NCBI GenBank assembly: GCA_031458695.1
Contig: JAVKJW010000003.1
Coordinates: 64,001 to 128,000, forward strand
Direction: 5' to 3'
Source: Candidatus Thermofontivivens primus
GTDB lineage: Bacteria > Sysuimicrobiota > Sysuimicrobiia > Sysuimicrobiales > Thermofontiviventaceae
Length of the DNA stretch: 64,000 nucleotides
Part shown: piece by piece, positions 46,307 to 55,790 of the stretch
Layout: every line of letters begins with the position of its first letter
Numbering within the stretch: position 1 is the stretch's first letter
Made by a program: the position numbers and the translations under genes
Notes under the pieces: model-generated
What the model was told of the DNA's origin: nothing
Seen by the model: only the letters and a program-made list of their open reading frames with translations
Database searches by the model: none

Positions 46307-47134
46307 ATGCGGTTCGGGTTGAACGGGGCAACGACGGGGAAGGCCGACCTCCTCCTGGACATCCGCGTAGCTGCAGCAGCAGGGTACCAGTACCTTGAGA
46401 TCCGAGATGTCAAGCTTGAATCCTACCTTCAACGTGGGGGGACTATCGAGGCGCTGGCCAGAACATTTGAGGAAGCGGGCGTACGCCCTTTGAGCGTGAA
46501 CGCCCTGGAACGATCCACCCTGGGCACGCCTGAGACGCGGAAGACGGTCCTTGATCGCCTGAGGAGGTTCTGCGAATGGGCGGAAGGCCTCGATTGTCCG
46601 TACGTTGTGGCTGTGCCAAGTCCCCTGGAAGCTCCGATGGCCCGCGAGGAGGTCGTCACACAGTCCATGGAGGCGTTGCAACAGATAGCGGAGGTGGCGA
46701 AGGAGTACGGCGTCAAGGTGGGGTTCGAATTTCTTGGGTTCGCGAGCTGTTCTGTGAACACCCTGGAGCTCGCTGCGGAGATTGTGGACCGTGTGGGCGA
46801 TCCCTCCCTTGGCCTCGTCATTGACACTTTCCACTTCTACGTGGGAGGGTCGTCGTGGAGCGCCCTTGAGACATTAGATCCCCAGAGGATCTTCATCGTC
46901 CACCTCGACGACGCAGAGGATCGGCCGCGCCATACGTTGACCGATGCGAATCGGGTTCTCCCTGGAGACGGGGTGATCCCCTTGCGTGACCTGGTCGGTC
47001 GCCTGGAGGCGCGCGGGTACCGTGGGCCTTACTCCATCGAGCTCTTCCGGCCGGAGTACTGGGAATGGGATCCGCTAGACCTTGCAGTAAAGGCCAGAGA
47101 GCGGATGGAACAGCTCCTCCCGATTTCTCTTTAG
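46307..47134 (+). CDS. iolI: Inosose (2-keto-myo-inositol) isomerase-like TIM barrel
   Basis: LNGATT, YLEIR, YVVAVP, FEFLG...VNT, DTFHF, HLDDAED, RVLPGDG, SIELFRPEYW, collinear with Bacillus IolI as recalled. Confidence 0.8.
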   Translation: MRFGLNGATTGKADLLLDIRVAAAAGYQYLEIRDVKLESYLQRGGTIEALARTFEEAGVRPLSVNALERSTLGTPETRKTVLDRLRRFCEWAEGLDCPYVVAVPSPLEAPMAREEVVTQSMEALQQIAEVAKEYGVKVGFEFLGFASCSVNTLELAAEIVDRVGDPSLGLVIDTFHFYVGGSSWSALETLDPQRIFIVHLDDAEDRPRHTLTDANRVLPGDGVIPLRDLVGRLEARGYRGPYSIELFRPEYWEWDPLDLAVKARERMEQLLPISL

Positions 47135-47176
47135 ACCGTGTAGACTGTGTAGACCGTGCAGACCGTGTAGACCAAG
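47132..47176 (+). repeat. 9-bp tandem repeat x5 (TAGACCGTG)
   Basis: TAGACCGTG TAGACTGTG TAGACCGTG CAGACCGTG TAGACCAAG, starting at the iolI stop codon. Confidence 0.85.
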
Positions 47177-47192
47177 GTAGGAGGGAGAGACA

Positions 47193-48173
47193 GTGACGGT
47201 CAAGGTTGGGATTCTCGGAGGAGGGTTCATTGGCCGCGTGCACGCGCTCAACTTACGGAAGGATGCACGGGTGCACATCGTGGGCATCGCCGACATTGTC
47301 CCTGCGGTAGCGAGGCGCCTGGCAGAGGAGGTAGAGACGCGCGCGTTCCAGAACCTGGAAGATCTCCTGAATGCAGGGGCGGAAGCGATCTACGTCTGCA
47401 CCCCCAACGTCCACCATGTGGAGCCCGTCCTTCAGGCCCTCGCGGCGGGCGCCCACGTCTTCAGCGAGAAGCCCATGGCGACCTCCCTGGAAGGGGCCCG
47501 CAAAATTCTAGAAGCCACAAAGCAGGCAAAGGGGATCTACCAGCTGGGGTTCAACAGGAGGTTCAGCAACGTCTACAAGTTCGCCAAGCGTCTCATCGAC
47601 GATGGGCGCATCCGTCCCCTCCTCGCCCAGATGAAGCATAACCGGGGTGAGCTGCAGCAGCCTCCCTGGACCGGCGATCCAAAGGTCACGGGAGGATATC
47701 TCTATGAGACCCCCATCCACCTCTTCGACATGGGCAGGTTCCTGTTCGGGGACGTGGAGGAGGTGGTGGGGTGGGCAAAGCAGAGCGTCTATGGGGAGCT
47801 CGATGGGTTCGTCCTCCTCTTCCGCTTCCGCAACGGGGTGATCGCCTCGATTACCACAGTGGCGCACACGAGCTGGCTCTTTCCTTACGAGCGTGTGGAG
47901 ATCTACGGGGAGCACCAGATGATTGTCACCGAGGAGCTGGAGCGAGCAGCCTTCAGCCCGGGCCCTCGCGAGGAGGCAGAGGCCATCGAGTGTCTCCATA
48001 TGCCCTTCGAGGAGAAGTGGGGCTATGCTGAGGAGGACCGCCTCTTCATCGATGCGGTACTCGGTGAGCGCCCTCCGGCTGTTACCGCGGAGGATGGATA
48101 TCGTGCCACCGAACTTGTGGAGGCGGTCTACCAGGCAGTCAGAGATGGGCACCCTGTGCGGCTTCCGCTTTGA
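47193..48173 (+). CDS. Gfo/Idh/MocA oxidoreductase (inositol dehydrogenase, IolG-like)
   Basis: GILGGGFIG, CTPN..H, EKPMA, GFNRRF, IHLFD. Confidence 0.85.
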   Translation: MTVKVGILGGGFIGRVHALNLRKDARVHIVGIADIVPAVARRLAEEVETRAFQNLEDLLNAGAEAIYVCTPNVHHVEPVLQALAAGAHVFSEKPMATSLEGARKILEATKQAKGIYQLGFNRRFSNVYKFAKRLIDDGRIRPLLAQMKHNRGELQQPPWTGDPKVTGGYLYETPIHLFDMGRFLFGDVEEVVGWAKQSVYGELDGFVLLFRFRNGVIASITTVAHTSWLFPYERVEIYGEHQMIVTEELERAAFSPGPREEAEAIECLHMPFEEKWGYAEEDRLFIDAVLGERPPAVTAEDGYRATELVEAVYQAVRDGHPVRLPL

Positions 48174-48184
48174 ACCGGATAAGC

Positions 48185-48198
48185 TCGTGAGTCGTGAG
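48185..48198 (+). repeat. 7-bp repeat x2 (TCGTGAG)
   Basis: TCGTGAG TCGTGAG; same unit as 28953 and 49278. Confidence 0.5.
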
Positions 48199-48252
48199 GG
48201 GAGACAGAGAGATCAGCAAGATAGACGACAGGGACAATAAGGGGGGAGGCAC

Positions 48253-49260
48253 ATGTGGAGACTTGGAGTGGTGTGCATCGTACTACTCCTCATCGCGGGG
48301 ATGCTCCTCCCCGCGCAGGGGCAACCCCAGCGTCTTATGGTCTACGGGGCGATCCATGAGACGGAGATCGCCAAGATGCTGGAGGCGTTCACGAAAGCCA
48401 CGGGGATTCCCGCAGAGTTCATCCGCGGCTCTAGCGGGGAGCTTGTGGCCAGGATCAAGGCAGAGCGGGCCTCTCCAAAAGCAGACGTCAAGCTAGGAGG
48501 CCCAGCCGATTCCCACGAGGCCCTGGCCCTGGAGGGACTCTTGATGCCCTACATCCCGCCGGAGGCCAAGAACATCGACCGGCGTTTCCGGAGTCCGCTG
48601 CACTACTGGCATGGTTTCTACATTGGAGCCCTTGGGATTGCCATCAACAAACCTCGTTTTGACAAGGAGCTGCGGCCCAAGGGCGTTGACTATCCTAAGA
48701 CCTGGGAGGATCTGCTGAACCCTGCCTTCAAGGGGGAGATCGTCGTGGCCAACCCCGCTACCTCCGGGACGGCCTTTACCTTCGTGGCTACCCATCTCCA
48801 GCGCCTGGGCTGGGAGAAGGGGTGGGAGTACTTGACGGCGTTCCACAAGAACGTCAACCATTATACTCGGAGCGGTGCGGCACCAGCCAACATGGCGGCA
48901 ACGGGGGAGTTCATCATCGGCATCGCTTTCGGTCATGACATCCTGAAACCGGCGAAGCAGGGGTATCCCGTAATGCTCGTGTACCCACCAGACACGGGGT
49001 GGGAGATCGGGGCAGTCTCCATTATCAAACGAGGTCCGAACCCTGAGGCGGCGAAAAAGTTCGTCAACTGGGTCCTCACCCGCGAGGCGGGGAAGCTCCA
49101 CACCGAGATCTCCCTGCGGATCTCCGTGCGTCCTGATGTTCCCGTTCCCGAGGGTGTCATCCCCATCAGCCAGATCAAGCTACTGAAGAACTATGATCTG
49201 AGCTGGGCCGCCCGCGAGCGGAATCGCATCCTGGCAGAGTGGGAGCGAAGGTTTAAGTAG
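48253..49260 (+). CDS. AfuA/FbpA-type ABC substrate-binding protein (candidate sugar-/inositol-phosphate binding), copy 1
   Basis: SSGELVARIKAE..SPKAD, GGPAD, PKTWEDLL, NPATSGTA, GWEIG, AAKKFVNW. Confidence 0.85.
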   Translation: MWRLGVVCIVLLLIAGMLLPAQGQPQRLMVYGAIHETEIAKMLEAFTKATGIPAEFIRGSSGELVARIKAERASPKADVKLGGPADSHEALALEGLLMPYIPPEAKNIDRRFRSPLHYWHGFYIGALGIAINKPRFDKELRPKGVDYPKTWEDLLNPAFKGEIVVANPATSGTAFTFVATHLQRLGWEKGWEYLTAFHKNVNHYTRSGAAPANMAATGEFIIGIAFGHDILKPAKQGYPVMLVYPPDTGWEIGAVSIIKRGPNPEAAKKFVNWVLTREAGKLHTEISLRISVRPDVPVPEGVIPISQIKLLKNYDLSWAARERNRILAEWERRFK

Positions 49261-49277
49261 AGTTGGGATTTTGTACT

Positions 49278-49291
49278 TCGTGCGTCGTGAG
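49278..49291 (+). repeat. 7-bp repeat x2 (TCGTGCG TCGTGAG)
   Basis: Same unit as 28953 and 48185, again just after a stop codon. Confidence 0.45.
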
Positions 49292-49347
49292 CGGGGAGAT
49301 CGCAGGTGAACCAAATCAAGAGATGACCAGATCGGCAAGAGGCTAGG

Positions 49348-50991
49348 ATGCTGGACCAAGTGCGCCTTCAAGCCAAGGAGTTCCGGCGCATCGCCGCGGA
49401 CCCGCTGCTGCTCACCCTCCTTGTCATAGTGGCGGGGTTGCTTGTCGTGTTTATTCTCTTCCCCGTGGTGAGGGTATTGACCCTCCCGCGCCTCGAACAC
49501 TGGCACGAGTTTCTGGGAAGGCCAGCCCTGTTGAGGGCTGCGATCCACAGCTTGGTCATGATGATCCTTTCCACCACCACGGCCACCCTCGTGGGGTTGC
49601 TGTTCGCTTACGCCCTGGTGCGGACCCAGATGCCTATGAAAGCATTCTTCAGGACGCTCACGCTCCTCCCGCTCATCTCCCCGCCGTTTGTGACGGGACT
49701 TGCGTTCATCCTGTTGTTCGGGCGCAGGGGACTGTTCACCTATTCGGTGCTCGGGCTTGACCTCAACCCCTATGGATGGCACGGCCTGTGGATGGCCCAA
49801 ACGCTGGCCTTCTTCCCTGTGGCCTACCTCACGATTGCCGGGGTTCTGCGGTCCATCGATCCGGCCCTGGAGTTGGCAGCGCAGGACCTCGGCGCGAGCG
49901 GGTTCCAGATTTTCCGCACCGTCACCCTTCCCCTTCTCACGCCGGGGATCGCGAGCGCTGCGCTCCTCGTGGGGATCTTCGTCCTCGCCGACTTTGGGAA
50001 TCCTATGCTCATCGGGGGCAACTACTCTGTCCTGGCGACGGAAGCCTACATGCAGGTGATTGGCCGGTACAACACGGAGATGGCAGCGTTGCTCGCCTCC
50101 GTTCTCCTCTTGCCCTCCCTCGCCCTTTTCCTTGCCCAGCGCTATGTGATGGAGAAGAGGTCGTTTGTGACGGTGACCGGGCGCCCAAGCGCGCTCGGGC
50201 GGAAGCCCGCGCCCTGGTATGTGACCTGGCCGCTGTTTGGATTTTGCCTTGCCGTTTCCCTGGTGATCCTGGCGATTTATCTCGTCATCGTCCTTGGGGC
50301 TTTCTCGAAGGTCTGGGGGGTCGACTGGAGCCTCAGCCTGCGTAACTTCCAGTACACCATTTTCCGCCAGCGTGATCTCTACAACAGCGTCCGGTTTGCC
50401 CTCTCCGCGGCTGTCCTGACGGCGGCCCTCGCGACCCTGAGCGCTTACCTCATCGAGCGGAAGAGTTTCCTGGGGAGGGAAGTTCTGGACTTTTTCACCG
50501 TCCTACCTGCGGCGGTCCCCGGGACCCTCATCGGCATTGGCTACGTCCTCGCCTTCAACCAGCCTCCGTTGGAGCTCACAGGGACGGCGGCGATCATCGT
50601 CCTGTGCATGGCCTTCCGCACACTCCCTGTGGGGTACCGCAACGCCGTCTCTGTCCTCCACCAGATCGACGTGGCCATCGAGCGGGCATCGGAGGACCTC
50701 GGGGCGGACAGCCTGCGGACGTTCGTGCACATCGTCTTGCCCCTCCTCAAGTATGCGTTCTTCGCCACGTTGGTTTACACGTTCGTGAAGTCCATCAATA
50801 CGCTCAGCGCAGTGATCTTCCTGATTTCCCCCGGGAATGTCGTGGCTTCCGCATCAATCCTTGGTCTCGCGGAGCACGGCTACTGGGGGCAGGCTGCAGC
50901 CCTTGCCACCGCGCTCATCACCTTGGGCCTCCTCAGCGTGGTGGTCTTCCGTCTCATTGCCGGGAGGCGGGCGCAGCTCTTTGAACTGTGA
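49348..50991 (+). CDS. AfuB/FbpB-type fused ABC permease, copy 1
   Basis: LPLISPPFV, two EAA loops (ELAAQDLGA, ERASEDLGA), ADFGNP. Confidence 0.9.
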   Translation: MLDQVRLQAKEFRRIAADPLLLTLLVIVAGLLVVFILFPVVRVLTLPRLEHWHEFLGRPALLRAAIHSLVMMILSTTTATLVGLLFAYALVRTQMPMKAFFRTLTLLPLISPPFVTGLAFILLFGRRGLFTYSVLGLDLNPYGWHGLWMAQTLAFFPVAYLTIAGVLRSIDPALELAAQDLGASGFQIFRTVTLPLLTPGIASAALLVGIFVLADFGNPMLIGGNYSVLATEAYMQVIGRYNTEMAALLASVLLLPSLALFLAQRYVMEKRSFVTVTGRPSALGRKPAPWYVTWPLFGFCLAVSLVILAIYLVIVLGAFSKVWGVDWSLSLRNFQYTIFRQRDLYNSVRFALSAAVLTAALATLSAYLIERKSFLGREVLDFFTVLPAAVPGTLIGIGYVLAFNQPPLELTGTAAIIVLCMAFRTLPVGYRNAVSVLHQIDVAIERASEDLGADSLRTFVHIVLPLLKYAFFATLVYTFVKSINTLSAVIFLISPGNVVASASILGLAEHGYWGQAAALATALITLGLLSVVVFRLIAGRRAQLFEL

Positions 50992-51004
50992 GAAAGGGAA
51001 TAGG

Positions 51005-51844
51005 ATGCGGTACAAGATGCTCGTAGCGGACATCGATGGGACTCTCGTCCGGGTTGTTCCCGAGGGGCAGGGATCGAGAGATGCCCCTGTGGTCCCTGTG
51101 GAGACCCTGGAGGCGCTCCGGGAGATCCGAAGGAGGGGAGTCCGCTTCCTCCTTGCCACTGGGCGGATGTGGGCTTCCGCCCGAAGATTCTTCGAGATGG
51201 CAGAGGCAGATCCCCCGGCGATCCTCTACAATGGGGCAATGGTCTACGACTTTGCTCGGGGGACGACGCTCTATCGCCGGCAGGTGCCTCTTGCCACGGC
51301 ACAGAAGGTCCTGCGCCTCCTCCGGGAGTTCCCTGAGGTGCAGCCTCATGTCTACGTGGACGATCAGGTGTACGTTGGGCGCATCAACCGGATCACCGAG
51401 GAGTACCAACGCAAGGACAGCATCCCCGTGCGGGAGGTGGGAGACCTCCTGCAATTCCTTGAGGCGGATCCCGTGAAGATCCTCATCATCGGGGAGAGAG
51501 CCCGTTTAGAGCAGCTTGCCCAGGCGATCCGCGCGCTCCCGGGAGACCCCGTAAACTTCGTCTTCTCAGAACCGACCTATCTGGAGATCCTACCTCCCGG
51601 GACCTCGAAGGGGAAGGCCCTGCAGTTCGTCGCCGAGACCCTCGGTATCCCTAAGGAGGCTATTGTCGCGGTGGGGGATGATCTCAACGACCTGGAGATG
51701 ATCCGCTACGCAGGGGTGGGTGTCGCTATGGCCGACGCCCCGGAGGGGCTGCGTGCAGAAGCGGACTACGTTTGCGGAACGGTAGAGGAAGGAGGGCTGA
51801 GGGAGGTCATCGAGCGTTTTCTCCTTAGGGAAAATCCCTACTGA
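51005..51844 (+). CDS. Cof-type HAD phosphatase
   Basis: DIDGTL, ATGR, YNGA, LEI.P.GTSKG, GDDLNDLEM. Confidence 0.92.
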   Translation: MRYKMLVADIDGTLVRVVPEGQGSRDAPVVPVETLEALREIRRRGVRFLLATGRMWASARRFFEMAEADPPAILYNGAMVYDFARGTTLYRRQVPLATAQKVLRLLREFPEVQPHVYVDDQVYVGRINRITEEYQRKDSIPVREVGDLLQFLEADPVKILIIGERARLEQLAQAIRALPGDPVNFVFSEPTYLEILPPGTSKGKALQFVAETLGIPKEAIVAVGDDLNDLEMIRYAGVGVAMADAPEGLRAEADYVCGTVEEGGLREVIERFLLRENPY

Positions 51845-51948
51845 AAATCTGGCGGGTTGGCATCGAGGGCTTCCACACCATGCCAGGAATGCCGTGGGAT
51901 TTTCGCGAGGGAAGGCAATAAGACCAATACAGGAGGGGAGGGATTCCC

Positions 51949-52974
51949 ATGCAGAGACGGCTTCTCTCCATAGCCCTTCTGAGCGTCCTGGTCCTAGCCC
52001 TGGCCAGCGGGATCCAGACCAGTGCGCAGCCCAGGAAGATCGTCATCTACTCCGCCATCGAGGAGAAGGTGACGACGGAGATCGTCAAGGCGTTCCGCGC
52101 CAGGACTGGGATCGAGAGCGAGGTCTTAAGCCTAGCGGCAGCAGGGACGCTCGCCACGCGGATCCGGGCCGAGAAGGCGAAGCCAAGGGCGGATGTGTTC
52201 ATGGGAGGATCCGCGGACATCCATGCTCCTTTGGCCAAGGAAGGGTTGCTGCTCAAATACATCCCCAGGACCCTCGCCGAGGCCAAGATCGACAAGCAGT
52301 TCTACGATCCCGAGCACTACTGGCACGGGTGGTACCTGGGGGCCCTGGGCATCTTGGTGAACCGGGACCGGTTTGAGCGGGAGATCGCTCCAAAGGGCGT
52401 CTCCATGCCCAAGACCTGGGATGATCTGCTTAACCCCGTATACAAGGGCCACTTCGCTATGCCGAGCCCCGTGACGACGGGAGGGGGATATATCTTCGTA
52501 GCTACCCAGGTCTTCCGCTTGGGGGAGGATCGGGCGTTTACTTGGCTCAAGCAGCTCATGGCAAACGCCGCCCACATCACTCCTACGGCCCCAGCTACAG
52601 TGACGCTCATCTCCCGTGGAGAGGCGATCGTGGCGATGATGTGGGCCCATGAGGGGTTTGTGGCCCGCCTCATGGGCTTCCCGGTGGAGGTGATCCTGCC
52701 TCCGGATACGGGGTTTGAGATCGGATCCGTCTCGATCATCAAGGGTGGGCCCAACCCTGAGGGAGCAAAGGAATTTGTGGATTTCCTCATGACGCCCCTC
52801 CCGCAGGGAATCAACGCGGCGTACGGGATGCGCTATCCGGTGCGTCCAGATGCCGCTTCCCCCAGAGGGGCACCGCCTTTTGCCTCGATCAAGTTTGTGA
52901 AGTACGACCGGGTGTGGGCCATTGAGAACCGGGACCGGCTCATCCGGAGATGGCAGACGGAGATTGGTCGCTAG
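51949..52974 (+). CDS. AfuA/FbpA-type ABC substrate-binding protein, copy 2
   Basis: RIRAEKAKPRADVFMGG, HYWHGWYLGALG, PKTWDDLL, PPDTGFEIG, GPNPEGAK; clear paralog of 48253. Confidence 0.85.
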   Translation: MQRRLLSIALLSVLVLALASGIQTSAQPRKIVIYSAIEEKVTTEIVKAFRARTGIESEVLSLAAAGTLATRIRAEKAKPRADVFMGGSADIHAPLAKEGLLLKYIPRTLAEAKIDKQFYDPEHYWHGWYLGALGILVNRDRFEREIAPKGVSMPKTWDDLLNPVYKGHFAMPSPVTTGGGYIFVATQVFRLGEDRAFTWLKQLMANAAHITPTAPATVTLISRGEAIVAMMWAHEGFVARLMGFPVEVILPPDTGFEIGSVSIIKGGPNPEGAKEFVDFLMTPLPQGINAAYGMRYPVRPDAASPRGAPPFASIKFVKYDRVWAIENRDRLIRRWQTEIGR

Positions 52975-52986
52975 GAGGGTTATCCT

Positions 52987-54624
52987 ATGCTCGAGTGGGC
53001 GGGGACGCGCAGGGGGCGGGTTCTTCTCTATGATCCAGGGCTGGCTCTCGTATTCGCACTTGTGGCTACCCTGCTCGTGGTCTTCGTGGTTCTCCCCACC
53101 CTTCGTGTGATCAGCTATCCCGCTCTGGCCGACTACCTCGCCGTCCCCGCCCAACCCCGCTGGATCCAGGCCATCCGGAACAGCCTGGTCATGATGGTCC
53201 TCTCGACGGCTACGGCGACGAGCGTGGGGTTCCTCTTTGCCTTCGCCATCTCCCGCGGCCTTCCAGGGGCACGGTTCTTCGCGACCATGGCCATGCTCCC
53301 GCTCTTCGCCCCTCCTTTCATGGTGGCCTTCTCCTACATCCTGATGTTCGGCCGAAACGGGCTGATCACCAAAGAACTCCTCGGGCTCAATGTCAATATC
53401 TTCGGCTGGCCAGGCCTCTGGCTGGTGCAGACCGTGGCCTTCTTCCCTTATGCGGCCTTGATCATCGGGGGCGTTCTCGAGGCCATCAATCCATCCATGG
53501 AGTATGCGGCCAGCGACCTGGGGGCGCGGGAGTGGGATGTCTATCGAACCGTGGTGATCCCTCTGGCGAAGCCTGGGATCACGGCAGCGGCGCTCCTTGT
53601 GGCCATCTCGGTTCTGGCTGATTTCGGAAACGCCGTGCTCATCGCCGGGAATTTCCCCCTGCTGGCAACCGAGGCGTGGTTCCTCATCGAGGGGTGGGCC
53701 GATCTCAAAGGGGCGGCCATCGCCGTGAGCCTCCTGCTCATCCCCACAGTGGGCCTCTTCCTCCTCGAGCGGAGGTGGGTACGCCAGCGGATCTACACCG
53801 TGGTGACGGGACGGGGGACGCGCGTTTCCCGGGCTTCTGTCCCTACCTTCCTCAAGTGGCCTATGGTATTTGGTTGTTCTCTCGTCTCCCTGCTTGTCCT
53901 GATTGTCTATGTGGGTGTATTCGCCGGGAGCTTCGTCACCACTTGGGGATACAATTGGCGCCTGACCCTGGATCACTGGCTCCTGGCAAAGGAATGGCTC
54001 GGCCCGCTCCTCAACAGCCTGAAGGTAGGAGTGATGAGCGCGGTATTGACCACGGCCATCGCTGTGACCGCGGCATTCCTCACCGCCTGCTACCGGCTCT
54101 ATGGCGCAAGGTTTCTGGACTTCACGGCAGTGGTCCCGGCCGCCCTTCCCGGCGTCTTCGTGGGTGTGGGATTCCTCCTGACGTTCTCACGTCCTCCCTT
54201 AGAGCTGGTGGGTACGGCTTGGGCACTGATCCTGGCCCTGACGTTTTGGCACATGCCTATGGGGTACCAGGCAGCCCTGGCCGGGCTGGCCCAAATCGAG
54301 CGGGCGATCCAGGAGGCGGCGGCAAACCTGGGTGCTTCGGGGCTCAGGACGTTCGTGGACATCTACCTCCCCTTGTTGCGCCACGCCGTGATCGCCTCCT
54401 TCACGACCTCGTTCATGCGTGCGGTAACGAATTTGAGCATCGCAGTCTTCCTCGTCACACCAGGGAACATGGTAGGGACCTTCGCTATCCTCATGGCGAT
54501 CAATAATGGGAACTGGGGAACAGCGGCTGCGCTGACTGTGGCGCTCCTTTTGGTGAGCCTAGGGATCCTGGCCTTAGGCCAGACGCTTCTTGGCCGTGGG
54601 CTGCGCCCGTTGCCCTCAGGATGA
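52987..54624 (+). CDS. AfuB/FbpB-type fused ABC permease, copy 2
   Basis: LPLFAPPF, EYAASDLGA, ADFGN, QEAAANLGA. Confidence 0.9.
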   Translation: MLEWAGTRRGRVLLYDPGLALVFALVATLLVVFVVLPTLRVISYPALADYLAVPAQPRWIQAIRNSLVMMVLSTATATSVGFLFAFAISRGLPGARFFATMAMLPLFAPPFMVAFSYILMFGRNGLITKELLGLNVNIFGWPGLWLVQTVAFFPYAALIIGGVLEAINPSMEYAASDLGAREWDVYRTVVIPLAKPGITAAALLVAISVLADFGNAVLIAGNFPLLATEAWFLIEGWADLKGAAIAVSLLLIPTVGLFLLERRWVRQRIYTVVTGRGTRVSRASVPTFLKWPMVFGCSLVSLLVLIVYVGVFAGSFVTTWGYNWRLTLDHWLLAKEWLGPLLNSLKVGVMSAVLTTAIAVTAAFLTACYRLYGARFLDFTAVVPAALPGVFVGVGFLLTFSRPPLELVGTAWALILALTFWHMPMGYQAALAGLAQIERAIQEAAANLGASGLRTFVDIYLPLLRHAVIASFTTSFMRAVTNLSIAVFLVTPGNMVGTFAILMAINNGNWGTAAALTVALLLVSLGILALGQTLLGRGLRPLPSG

Positions 54625-54650
54625 TATCTTAAAGAGGGGGAAAGGGATCC

Positions 54651-55721
54651 ATGAGCACTGTGCACGTTCGGCTCATTCACGTCGTGAAGCGCTTTGGAAC
54701 GACCCCTGCTGTGGACGATGTCTCGTTGGATGTCCTGGAGGGGAGCTTCACCACTTTACTAGGACCCAGCGGGTGCGGGAAAACGACGACGTTGCGCCTC
54801 ATTGCAGGTTTCTACGAGCCCGACCAGGGGGAGATCTGGATCGGTGGGAAAAAGATGAACGATGTTCCTCCTCACAGACGCCCCACAGCCATGGTCTTCC
54901 AAGAGTATGCCCTGTTCCCCCACATGACCGTGTTCGAGAACGTCGCCTACGGGCTCCGCATGCGTCGTCTCCCCCGGAGGGAGATTGAGGAGCGGGTAGG
55001 TTCCATCCTGGAGTTCGTAGGCCTTCCAGGGCTGGAAGGGAAGTTCCCCCACCAGCTCAGCGGCGGGCAACAGCAGCGCGTGGCCTTGGCGCGCGCCCTC
55101 GTGGTGGAGCCAGAGGTTCTCCTTTTGGACGAGCCCCTGAGCAACCTAGACGCCAAGTTGCGCATCCGTGTACGCACGGAGATCCGGGAGATCCAGCGGC
55201 GGTTGAAGAAGACCACCATCTATGTCACCCATGACCAGGAGGAGGCCTTGTCCATCTCCGACGTCATCGCGGTGATGGACCGCGGGCGCATTGTGCAAGT
55301 GGGGACGCCCACGGAGATCTACCACCGCCCTGCCAACAGGTTCGTGGCGGACTTCGTGGGGCTGGCGAACTTCGCCACGGGGAGGGTTGTGGAGGCATCC
55401 GACGGTCGGGTGAGCGTGGACATCGGGGTGAGCCGCCTCTCCCTCATTGAGGAGGATGCCCGCCTACGCCCCGGCGACCAGGTGGTGGTCTCGGTCCGGC
55501 CAGAAGCCATCCATCTCAGTCTGCATCCCCCTGCGCAGGAGAACACGCTGAAAGGGGTGATCACTTCGGCAAGTTTCCTCGGGAGTGTCACGCGGTACTG
55601 GGTGCGCGTGGGGGAGATGGAGTGGATCGTTGATGTGCCGGGTGGGGCACCCGAAGGTGCCACCGGGGAGCGTTACCTGTTCCTCCCACCGGAGAACATC
55701 CGAGTAGTGGAGAAGGTGTGA
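54651..55721 (+). CDS. ABC ATPase (AfuC/PotA type) with C-terminal TOBE domain
   Basis: GPSGCGKTT, LSGGQQQR, DEPLSNLD, VTHDQEEA, VRPE. Confidence 0.93.
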   Translation: MSTVHVRLIHVVKRFGTTPAVDDVSLDVLEGSFTTLLGPSGCGKTTTLRLIAGFYEPDQGEIWIGGKKMNDVPPHRRPTAMVFQEYALFPHMTVFENVAYGLRMRRLPRREIEERVGSILEFVGLPGLEGKFPHQLSGGQQQRVALARALVVEPEVLLLDEPLSNLDAKLRIRVRTEIREIQRRLKKTTIYVTHDQEEALSISDVIAVMDRGRIVQVGTPTEIYHRPANRFVADFVGLANFATGRVVEASDGRVSVDIGVSRLSLIEEDARLRPGDQVVVSVRPEAIHLSLHPPAQENTLKGVITSASFLGSVTRYWVRVGEMEWIVDVPGGAPEGATGERYLFLPPENIRVVEKV

Positions 55722-55790
55722 AGAGTCGGCCGGCAAACGTCGGATGGCTTTTGCCGGGGCTCTGAATTCTGGCAAAGGAGGAGGAGTGGC

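Noticed and set aside
44990..46834. Long minus-strand ORFs (614 aa here; also 52132-53976, 43052-44425, 55464-56762, 24815-26017)
   Set aside because: Antisense shadows of well-supported + strand genes in GC-rich DNA, with no recognisable motifs.
47132..47176. CRISPR array (also considered for 26494-26538)
   Set aside because: Units are 9 bp, directly adjacent with no unique spacers, and there are no cas genes.
48253..55721. Iron(III) ABC transporter annotation
   Set aside because: Context (iol genes, HAD phosphatase, LacI control) and lack of an obvious tandem-Tyr iron site argue for a phosphorylated sugar ligand.
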